The position numbers and the translations under genes were made by a program. A model generated the notes under the pieces. That model worked only from the letters and a program-made list of their open reading frames with translations, searched no databases and was not told the DNA's origin. Shown here one piece after another: positions 56,445 to 64,000 of a stretch of DNA of 64,000 nucleotides. This DNA comes from an uncultured Candidatus Saccharibacteria bacterium (lineage in GTDB: Bacteria; Patescibacteriota; Minisyncoccia; Phycocordibacterales; Phycocordibacteraceae). The first letter of the stretch is position 1; each line of letters opens with the position of its first letter. The DNA lies in the NCBI GenBank assembly GCA_964446735.1, contig CAYUQB010000001.1, positions 380,460-444,459 of the forward strand, written 5' to 3'.

Positions 56445-58265
56445 ATGGCACTCCTCGACTTCCTCTCCCGCTCAAAGAAAAATGAAGTACCGACTATGAC
56501 ACCGGTGCTTCCAAAGGATATTTACTCCCAGGGGGTGCTCGAGCTCGCTGACGCCATTGCACCAGCAGCACTTCAGGTAGGTTCAAAGGACATCGAGCTT
56601 GGTGAGAAGGTATCGCGTTCCTTCTACACGATCTCGTACCCTCGATTCCTCACTGATGGTTGGTTCATGGAGATCATTAATTTGGCACGAGAATTTGATA
56701 TTGGTATCTTTGTGCACCCAATCGAGACCGGACAAGCACTTCGTAACTTCCAAAAAAAGGTTGCCGAGGTCCAAAGCCAGATTAGTGAGCGAGAAGACAA
56801 AGGGTTGGTGCGTGATCCGCTTCTTGATACGGCGTACCAGGACCTCGAGAACCTGCGCGATCAACTTCAACAAGCACAAGAGCGCCTTTTTGATGTTGGG
56901 CTCTATATGACACTGTACGAAAAAAACCGCGAACTCCTGGACCGGGTGGAAGGGGAAGTGCGTGGAATTCTCGATGCCAAGCTGGTGTATACCAAACCGG
57001 CACTGTTCCAACAAGAGCAGGGGTTCCGCTCAACACTTCCGCTTGCGCTCGATGAGCTCGAGGTCCACTCGAAACTGAATTCATCCCCACTTTCGTCCGT
57101 CTTTCCCTTTGTCTCGTTCGATCTCACGAGCGACCGCGGCATTCTATTTGGCATTAACCGCCACAACTCCTCACTCATTCTGTTCGATCGATTCTCCCTT
57201 GAGAACTACAACTCAGTAGTGTTCGCAAAGTCGGGATCCGGAAAATCCTATGCGGTGAAACTGGAGATCCTCCGATCCTTGATGTTCGATACGGATGTCA
57301 TTGTTATCGATCCTGAGCGTGAATATGAGTACTTGGCGGAAGCGACTGGCGGAAGGAACTTCAACATTTCACTCTCAAGCGACCACCACATTAATCCGTT
57401 TGATCTCCCGCCGGTGCGGGAAGGGGAGGAGCCTGGTGATGTGCTCCGTGCAAATATCATTAACCTGGTCGGCCTCTTCCGACTCATGCTCGGAGGACTT
57501 TCTCCTGAAGAGGATGCGATTGTCGACCTTGCCATCACCGAAACATACGCGCTCAAAGACATCACGCCTGATCGTGATTTCACTGGCATGGAACCTCCGC
57601 TTCTTTCTGATTTCGAGGTTGTGCTCGCTGGTATGGAGGGTAGCGATTCTCTCGTACAACGACTCTCCAAGTACACCCAAGGAACGTGGTCAGGGTTTAT
57701 TAATCGCCCCACCAATATCGATATTAATAAGCAGTTCGTGGTGTTCTCCGTGCGTGATATGGAAGACGAGTTGAAGCCGGTGGCAATGTACATCGTGACG
57801 CATCACATTTGGAACTCCGTCCGAAGAGAATTGAAGAAACGACTCTTGGTGATCGATGAGGCATGGTGGATGATGAAATCACCTGACACCGCATCGTTCG
57901 TTGCAATGCTTGCTAAACGCGGACGCAAGTACTACCTCGGCCTCGCAACCATCACGCAGGATGTGGAAGACTTCCTTCATTCAGAGTATGGCGGCACCAT
58001 CATCAAGAACTCGTCGATTCAACTACTTCTCAAACAGTCTCCGACTGCAATCGATATGCTCAAGAGCGCGTTCAATCTTACCGAGCAAGAGAAATTCCTG
58101 TTGCTTGAGTCAGGAGTAGGCGAGGGGCTCTTCTTTGCAGGTCAGAAACACGTCGCCATAAAAATAGTCGCTTCCTACACCGAGGATCAGATCATCACCT
58201 CAGATCCCTCACAGCTGCTTGCTATCCGACGTGAGAAGGAACGCCTGCAGGGTCAGGGAGGTTAG
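56445..58265 (+). CDS. VirB4-like conjugal transfer ATPase
   Basis: Walker A AKSGSGKS, IDPEREY, INPFD, Walker B IDEAW, KRGRKY, TQD. Confidence 0.92.
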   Translation: MALLDFLSRSKKNEVPTMTPVLPKDIYSQGVLELADAIAPAALQVGSKDIELGEKVSRSFYTISYPRFLTDGWFMEIINLAREFDIGIFVHPIETGQALRNFQKKVAEVQSQISEREDKGLVRDPLLDTAYQDLENLRDQLQQAQERLFDVGLYMTLYEKNRELLDRVEGEVRGILDAKLVYTKPALFQQEQGFRSTLPLALDELEVHSKLNSSPLSSVFPFVSFDLTSDRGILFGINRHNSSLILFDRFSLENYNSVVFAKSGSGKSYAVKLEILRSLMFDTDVIVIDPEREYEYLAEATGGRNFNISLSSDHHINPFDLPPVREGEEPGDVLRANIINLVGLFRLMLGGLSPEEDAIVDLAITETYALKDITPDRDFTGMEPPLLSDFEVVLAGMEGSDSLVQRLSKYTQGTWSGFINRPTNIDINKQFVVFSVRDMEDELKPVAMYIVTHHIWNSVRRELKKRLLVIDEAWWMMKSPDTASFVAMLAKRGRKYYLGLATITQDVEDFLHSEYGGTIIKNSSIQLLLKQSPTAIDMLKSAFNLTEQEKFLLLESGVGEGLFFAGQKHVAIKIVASYTEDQIITSDPSQLLAIRREKERLQGQGG

Positions 58266-58274
58266 TAGCGAGAT

Positions 58275-58757
58275 ATGGCAACGAGGGAAGCCGCGAAGGT
58301 AGCGTACCGAGTGAGCGGCATCCAGGAACTGTTACTTAAACTCACCGCGGTAGTTCTCGACGGTGTTGGGTTCTTGCTCATGCTCACTGTTATCGGCGAA
58401 GTGGGTACTGAGGTCATTGGTCTTACGGGTGATGCGCTCTTCTTTATTTGGTTCTGGATGCTTGGCGCAAAGTTCTTGACCGGTCAGGCGGGAAGGAAAA
58501 TAGTCACGTTAGCTGGAAACGCGCTTGTTGAGGCTGTTCCATTTGCTAATGGCGTCTATCCTGGCTTTTCCATTGCAGTATGGCGACTCGTAAAGATTAT
58601 GAAAGAAGAGGACGAAGAGGAAGCACGGAACGCTGCTCGGAAGGCACGACAGGAGGACGAAGCTCGTATTCGACGCGTGCAAGCGATTCTTGCTGAGCGC
58701 GCACGACGCCAGGCCGCCAATACCAATACCCAGGAACCGGAAAGACAGGCCGCGTGA
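58275..58757 (+). CDS. hypothetical membrane protein with a charged tail
   Basis: Hydrophobic N-terminal half, coiled C-terminus. Confidence 0.72.
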   Translation: MATREAAKVAYRVSGIQELLLKLTAVVLDGVGFLLMLTVIGEVGTEVIGLTGDALFFIWFWMLGAKFLTGQAGRKIVTLAGNALVEAVPFANGVYPGFSIAVWRLVKIMKEEDEEEARNAARKARQEDEARIRRVQAILAERARRQAANTNTQEPERQAA

Positions 58758-58774
58758 GGCGCTATACTACCTCT

Positions 58775-59743
58775 ATGCGGCGGATGGCCCTTCTCGTCCT
58801 TCTTGCACTTGTCGCACTTCCTGCGCATGCGCAAATCAGCTCCACTGAATCCGTGGTGCTTTCTATTACACCAGAGAATCCGCGACCGTACGACACGGTA
58901 ACCGTGCTTCCGGAGAGTAGCTTGATAGATCTCGCGTCAGCCAAGATTAGCGTACTGGTGAACGGCACAGCCGTAGTGAGCGGGGGAGTACAGCGAGTTC
59001 CAGTAACGGTAGGGGGACCAGGAGACCGCACGACCATTCGTGTTGATGCGGTCGTTGGTGGCAAGACGTATACGGCCCAGCGGGTCATTCGACCAGCTGA
59101 CGTGTCGCTTATCACTGAGCCAGTTTCAAGCACACACCCTTTCTATCGGGGTGCACCGCTCATAGCGCCTAGTGGCCGCATCCGCGTCATTGCACTAGCT
59201 GATTTGCGAACAGCTCCTGCCACCCGTATTGCTCCAGCAAATCTTGTGTATACATGGAGCTGGGGGGACCGCGTACTTGCTGAATATTCAGGCATTGGGC
59301 GCTCGACCTTAAACCTTGCCGCCCCGGTTCGATATCGTGATGCTGAAATTAGCGTTACGGTAACCGATGCAACATCAAACCTCATCGCAAGCGCCTCGAC
59401 CTTCATTTCCCCAGTTGATGCAATTGCCCGCATCTATCCGACTGATCCACTTTCGGGTCCAGACTTCGACCATGCACTTTCAGGACGATTCGGACTTTCA
59501 GGGGAAGAGGCGGCATTTAGGGGAGTGGGGTACTTCTTTGGTGCGAAGCCATCCCTTACTTGGTCGATCAATAGCCAGCCAGCCAGCAACGACAACGAGG
59601 TGACGGTCCGTACAACGGGGAGTGGCCAGGGCTCAGCTGCGTTATCACTCACGGCACTTGAAAGCACGGCACAACAGAGTGCGACCGCGCGACTTCCAGT
59701 CGATTTTGGAACCGGAAGATCATTTAATATCTTTGGATTCTAG
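58775..59743 (+). CDS. secreted beta-rich (Ig-like) protein
   Basis: Signal peptide ending PAHA|Q; LVYTWSW and LTWSIN motifs; start placed after TATACT (58763-58768). Confidence 0.75.
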   Translation: MRRMALLVLLALVALPAHAQISSTESVVLSITPENPRPYDTVTVLPESSLIDLASAKISVLVNGTAVVSGGVQRVPVTVGGPGDRTTIRVDAVVGGKTYTAQRVIRPADVSLITEPVSSTHPFYRGAPLIAPSGRIRVIALADLRTAPATRIAPANLVYTWSWGDRVLAEYSGIGRSTLNLAAPVRYRDAEISVTVTDATSNLIASASTFISPVDAIARIYPTDPLSGPDFDHALSGRFGLSGEEAAFRGVGYFFGAKPSLTWSINSQPASNDNEVTVRTTGSGQGSAALSLTALESTAQQSATARLPVDFGTGRSFNIFGF

Positions 59744-59744
59744 T

Positions 59745-60710
59745 ATGATGCGCACGCTACTTTTCATCTCGCTTCTGCTTGCTCCCGCACTGGTATTTGC
59801 GCAGGGCACAGACTTTGTACCCTTGCTTCCATCGCTTCCCGGTATTGATACGCTTCAAACGCAAGATTCGCTCGCTCCATTCCTCTCTCAAATCTACAAG
59901 ATCTGTATCGGGCTTGCTGCCGTACTTGCGGTGCTCCAGATCATGCGGGCAGGAATCATGTACATGGGAGGCGACAGTATCACGGAGAAAAAGGAGGCGC
60001 GGGGTCTTATCGGCGCAGCGCTTGCGGGACTGTTGTTGGTTCTTTCACCTGTTATTGTGTTCAGCCTCATTAATCCGCAGATCCTTGAGCTCGATATTGG
60101 CGGCGACCGCTTGCGGTCTAACGTCGAGAGTCCGGGTCCTACAAGCTATACGGTTATTCCGGCAACTACCGCCGAGGAATGTAAAAAGAAGGGAGGCACC
60201 CCTACAGGAAACCCTCCCAACATTTTGTGCAAAGCACCCACCACCGAAGCGACCACTGCTGCGTCGTATGGTAATTGCAGCGATTACACAAACTTCCTGG
60301 TTACGACCGTTGATGGGAATTGTAACAACGCTGCAAATAACGACACTACGTACACCCGCATTCAGGTAAACAACCGATGTTGCTATGGGGGCAGCATCCA
60401 AACTGGATTCAAATGCTGTGCGGTGAACAAGAAAGACGTGACGGCACCACTCCCGGATGCAACAAAGCCCATAACTGTTATGGAATACGTTGACGGTACT
60501 ACCAAAAACTACGGACCACTCTCTGCCGCTGATAAAGAATCGTTCAGTAAATTCTCTGCCGCCTGTACCGCAGCACGAGGCAAGGTCATAAGAACGCAAA
60601 AAACCATTCGCGACTGTACTGCTGAGGAAGAAAAACTTATGACCGATGTCCCCGCTGAACGCCGACAATACATTGGATGCAAGACGGTGGATGTAGGATG
60701 TGCCTTATAG
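59745..60710 (+). CDS. TrbC/VirB2-like pilin domain fused to a Cys-rich C-terminal extension
   Basis: Signal peptide, two TMs joined by AGIMYM.G...KKEAR..I..AL.GL, then INP; 12 Cys in the tail. Confidence 0.72.
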   Translation: MMRTLLFISLLLAPALVFAQGTDFVPLLPSLPGIDTLQTQDSLAPFLSQIYKICIGLAAVLAVLQIMRAGIMYMGGDSITEKKEARGLIGAALAGLLLVLSPVIVFSLINPQILELDIGGDRLRSNVESPGPTSYTVIPATTAEECKKKGGTPTGNPPNILCKAPTTEATTAASYGNCSDYTNFLVTTVDGNCNNAANNDTTYTRIQVNNRCCYGGSIQTGFKCCAVNKKDVTAPLPDATKPITVMEYVDGTTKNYGPLSAADKESFSKFSAACTAARGKVIRTQKTIRDCTAEEEKLMTDVPAERRQYIGCKTVDVGCAL

Positions 60711-60712
60711 CT

Positions 60713-61951
60713 ATGCGACGAATACTTCTCATCATCGGGGCGGTCATCATCCTCATCGGGATTGGAATTGGTATTTACTTCCTCTTCTTCCGAGGTGGCC
60801 CAGGACTGGTCATAGGTCCAGGCGATTTCCCAGGGTCAGGAAATACCGACGGCGAGCCAGAAGATGGGGTAGTCGGGGTGCAGGACATTGGGGTCGCACT
60901 CCCTGGTGCTGGTACGGAGATCGCACCACGGTTCCTGCGAATTTCGGATCGACCAGTTGCGTTCGGTGCGGCAGCGGTCTTTGTGCCGGGAACGACTCCG
61001 GTAGCAACCACGTCAGCAAGCAGCACCGTCGTAGCTCGGGATCCTGATGTGCGCGTGATGTATCTCGAACGCGAGAGTGGAAACGTCTACGCCTTTGAAG
61101 TCCACGCCCGCACACAGACTCGACGCTCAAACAAAACACTTCCTGGTATACAGGAAGCGAACTGGCTTTCTGATGGCTCCCTTGCGTTTGTGCGATTTCT
61201 TCAAGGAACAGGAGATGATGAACGTGTTGATACCTATGCACTCCCGGCTGATGGAGAAAATGGCTATTTCCTTGAACAGAACCTCGCCCAAGTCCTGGTG
61301 AAGGGAACAAGTACTTTGGTGACCGTACGCTCAACAACCGAAGGGTCTCAAGCGTCTGTTTCTACACCCACTGGCGGCGGTCTGCGCACACTTTTCTCGA
61401 CCCCACTTTCCTCAATTCTGATCGGCTACTCGGGTGCAAATTTCGTTGTGTGGACTAAGGGGTCTGCGCAAGCCAATAGCTACGCCTTCTTGGTTGATGC
61501 ACGAACCGGTGCGTTCACGCGTGCACTTGGTCCTTTGAAAGGATTTTCCGTGCTTCCAAGCCCAAGCGGCCGCTACCTTCTGTATAGCTACCTAGACCGA
61601 GGGAAGCTCGCGCTCGCAGCACTCGATCTCTCCACTCGAATTGCCACTCGGCTACCGCTTGCCACACTCCCAGAGAAATGTGCGTGGACCAGCGACGACC
61701 GAGCATTGTACTGTGGTGTCCCAACAGCGCTTCCTGGAACACTTCCTGATGACTGGTATCAAGGCGCCGTGCATTTTACCGACCGCATATGGAAAATCGA
61801 CTTGGGAAGTCGAGTGGCGACACTCGTCATAGATCCGAAGGAAGCAGGGGAGTTGGATGTTGACGCGGTTGGTCTTACGCTTGACCGCACGAATGACGTT
61901 CTGGTCTTCAAGAATCGACGTGACCACCTGCTCTACACCTACGACCTCTAG
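60713..61951 (+). CDS. membrane-anchored beta-propeller-like protein
   Basis: N-terminal TM; WLSDG, PSPSG and TLPEKCAW..LYCGVP..PDDWYQG motifs. Confidence 0.72.
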   Translation: MRRILLIIGAVIILIGIGIGIYFLFFRGGPGLVIGPGDFPGSGNTDGEPEDGVVGVQDIGVALPGAGTEIAPRFLRISDRPVAFGAAAVFVPGTTPVATTSASSTVVARDPDVRVMYLERESGNVYAFEVHARTQTRRSNKTLPGIQEANWLSDGSLAFVRFLQGTGDDERVDTYALPADGENGYFLEQNLAQVLVKGTSTLVTVRSTTEGSQASVSTPTGGGLRTLFSTPLSSILIGYSGANFVVWTKGSAQANSYAFLVDARTGAFTRALGPLKGFSVLPSPSGRYLLYSYLDRGKLALAALDLSTRIATRLPLATLPEKCAWTSDDRALYCGVPTALPGTLPDDWYQGAVHFTDRIWKIDLGSRVATLVIDPKEAGELDVDAVGLTLDRTNDVLVFKNRRDHLLYTYDL

Positions 61952-62673
61952 ACCGTAGCGGGCGTTGGAGTGTTTGTGCGTCGCACAATGAATTCCTGGA
62001 AGATAGAAACGAGACTGCCGGTAATAAAGTAGAGGGCAATGGCGCCCGATGTGTACGCAGCAACGCCCACAATCAATGGGAGAATGTAGCGCATTTGGAG
62101 CGCCATTGCGCGTGCAATGTCAGCTCCTGGTCCTTCAACTTCTGCTGAAGGTGGCGGTACCGGAATGGCATACCAAGAATGAGCGAGCTGTGCGAATGCG
62201 GCAATGATCGCGAGGACAATGCTGTGACCGGTGATTGAAGCAAGTCCGAGAAATGCCACCGAGACAGCGTCCGGTACCGTAACAAACGGATACAGAATGC
62301 TTGGATCAATACCGGGCAATGACTTACTGCTAAATACCCAATACAGGCCAATAATCACCGGAATTTGAATAAGGAGGGGAAGGAGGCTGGCAAACGGATG
62401 CACCCCGTATTTCTTATACAGCGCCATCATTTCCTTCATCTGACGCTCTTGGTCGTTCTTGAATTTCTTGCGTACTTCCTTCAATTCAGGGTCCATTGCC
62501 TTCATGGCCTTTTGCGTGCGTGCGGCACTCATGGAGAGGGGCCAGAGCACAAACCGCACTATCAGCGTTGCCAGAATGACGGCAATCCCGAGGTCGCCCC
62601 CGGGGACTACATCAATCAATAAAACCAACAGGTTGTAGATCGGGGTATAGAGAACCGTGTGGAAGAATCCCAT
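61948..62673 (-). CDS. yidC: membrane protein insertase YidC/Oxa1
   Basis: GIAVILATLIVRFVLWPL, LYKKYGVHP, LPLLIQIP, LYF..QE. Confidence 0.94.
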   Translation of the reverse strand: MGFFHTVLYTPIYNLLVLLIDVVPGGDLGIAVILATLIVRFVLWPLSMSAARTQKAMKAMDPELKEVRKKFKNDQERQMKEMMALYKKYGVHPFASLLPLLIQIPVIIGLYWVFSSKSLPGIDPSILYPFVTVPDAVSVAFLGLASITGHSIVLAIIAAFAQLAHSWYAIPVPPPSAEVEGPGADIARAMALQMRYILPLIVGVAAYTSGAIALYFITGSLVSIFQEFIVRRTNTPTPATV

Positions 62674-62684
62674 ATCGCTCTACC

Positions 62685-63002
62685 TTATACTGTCGGCAAC
62701 GAAAGGAGAAGTCGATTGAGCTCGTCGGCAATCTTTTGGTAGGGAAGGGAAGGACCTCCGGCACGCGCATAGATAACGAATGAACGACCGGAACGTATAT
62801 GGGGTCGAATGGCAGTAAGTATGCGCCGCTTTAGTTGGTGCCGCGCAACAGACGTACGGGCAACCTTCTTTGAAACAACGGCGGCGGCCCTCCCTTCGAT
62901 TGAAGGCATAACAGTTACAGAAAAATGCTCAGACGCGGCACGATGGCCGCGTCCGGCGGTAGCGAAAGCGGCTCTAGAAAGACGCTTTGCTTTAGGAAGC
63001 AT
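62685..63002 (-). CDS. rnpA: ribonuclease P protein component
   Basis: MLPKAKRL, VVSKKVARTSVARHQLKRRI; lies between rpmH and yidC. Confidence 0.9.
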   Translation of the reverse strand: MLPKAKRLSRAAFATAGRGHRAASEHFSVTVMPSIEGRAAAVVSKKVARTSVARHQLKRRILTAIRPHIRSGRSFVIYARAGGPSLPYQKIADELNRLLLSLPTV

Positions 63003-63004
63003 GG

Positions 63005-63148
63005 TTAGCCCGAAACGGAGAGGCTGGTGCGGCCTTTTCGGCGGCGGCGCGTGAGGACATTCTTGCCACCCGGAGTTGCAGAACGAGCTCGGAAACCGTG
63101 GGTAGTGGCGCGCTTACGCTTCTTGGGTTGATAGGTTCGCTTAGGCAT
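63005..63148 (-). CDS. rpmH: 50S ribosomal protein L34
   Basis: Not in the ORF track. [47 protein letters not shown]. Confidence 0.96.
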   Translation of the reverse strand: MPKRTYQPKKRKRATTHGFRARSATPGGKNVLTRRRRKGRTSLSVSG

Positions 63149-63321
63149 ATGATTGTTGTCCACAGGATAGTACCAAGTTCTCCACTGGTGGGCAAGAACG
63201 CCTCATCCATAGGCTCATTTCTCAAGCTTTTTGAGCCACTAGCACACAGAGGGAACACCACGCAAGAGCAATTTTCTGTGGAGGTGTACGGACGGCATGC
63301 ACTCCCGTATACTTCACCCCA

Positions 63322-64000
63322 ATGCAGAAACTCGATGCGCGTGAACTTTGGGAATATGTGCTCACCCAAGTCGAGCTGTCTATCTCTCCTGCAAACTTCA
63401 ATACCTGGTTTCGGGATAGTTCTATCGTAAAAATCGAGGACGGTATTGTATATGTCGGTGTACCGAGCCAATTCTTTCGCGATTGGTACCTCAAGAAGTT
63501 CCATACGCTTCTTTTGAAAATCATCCGCTCTGTCTCATACGAGTACCGGAATATTGAATACGTGATTGTGAAGGACGATCGCCGGAAACCTAAGGAAATA
63601 CGTCGTTCTTCTGGGCCAATCCAAGTAGCAGAACTCCCACTCGACGAGTTCTATGTAAATAAAAGCGACAATCTCAACCCTCGCTATACGTTCGATACCT
63701 TCGTCGTCGGAGCGTTTAATGAGCTCGCGCATACTGCCGCGCAGGCGATTTTGAAGCGTCCAGGCATTATGTACAATCCACTCTTCATTTATGGAGAGAC
63801 TGGTCGTGGTAAGACACATCTTATCCAGTCCATTGGAAATCAGTACAAGAAGCTCTATCCGAACCGGAAAGTCTTCTACCTCACTGCGGACAAATTCGGA
63901 AACGAATACACCGATTCAATTCAACACGGAACGGCAAATCGCTTTAAAGAGAAGTACCGTCAGTACGACTTGCTCATCATGGATGATATTCAGTTCTTCG
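63322..64000 (+). CDS. dnaA: chromosomal replication initiator DnaA (runs off the window)
   Basis: Manual translation: MQKLDARELW..NFNTWF..LNPRYTFDTFVVG..YNPLFIYGETGRGKTHLIQSIGN..DLLIMDDIQF. Confidence 0.97.
   Translation, partial: MQKLDARELWEYVLTQVELSISPANFNTWFRDSSIVKIEDGIVYVGVPSQFFRDWYLKKFHTLLLKIIRSVSYEYRNIEYVIVKDDRRKPKEIRRSSGPIQVAELPLDEFYVNKSDNLNPRYTFDTFVVGAFNELAHTAAQAILKRPGIMYNPLFIYGETGRGKTHLIQSIGNQYKKLYPNRKVFYLTADKFGNEYTDSIQHGTANRFKEKYRQYDLLIMDDIQFF

Noticed and set aside
62992-63819. Track ORFs 62992-63504, 63098-63430 and 63535-63819
   Set aside because: They overlap the real rpmH and dnaA, which the track missed because they are short or truncated.
1-64000. CRISPR array, IS elements, rRNA, introns or an alternative genetic code
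   Set aside because: No regularly spaced repeats, transposase or rRNA-like sequence was seen. Conserved genes translate intact with TGA used as stop (e.g. rsmA).

Overview
Core chromosomal segment of a small-genome bacterium. The gene content points to Patescibacteria/CPR, probably Parcubacteria (inference). Left to right: a str/S10 ribosomal cluster on the minus strand (rpsL-rpsG, fusA, tuf-rpsJ, rplC-rplD) broken up by self-contained orphan cassettes; an orphan ParB-like gene; nucleotide-housekeeping genes; recJ, pgk and tpiA; a type IV pilus locus; nusA, ppa, clpP, rny and hup; a TrmB-like regulator with divergent orphans; rarA; four CCA-less tRNAs next to a CCA-adding enzyme; xth, a Xer-like recombinase, rpsO, a DksA/TraR-like gene, pcrA and rsmA; a VirB4/PrgI/VirB6/pilin T4SS-like cluster; and yidC-rnpA-rpmH divergent from a partial dnaA. 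The most unusual signals are non-coding. (1) About 20 genes have a -10 box only 6-8 nt before the ATG and no SD (leaderless-like), while the orphan cassettes carry SD-like sites. (2) A promoter/terminator-bounded ~180-nt candidate sRNA (1900-2080) carries TAAGGAGGTGATCC, the perfect complement of the canonical 16S 3' end, with no conventional downstream start codon. (3) A ~330-nt structured candidate ncRNA lies at 38915-39245. (4) Six parS-like sites and DnaA-box-like/14-mer repeats at 37-39 kb suggest an origin displaced ~25 kb from dnaA. All calls were made by eye from motifs; no database searches were run.
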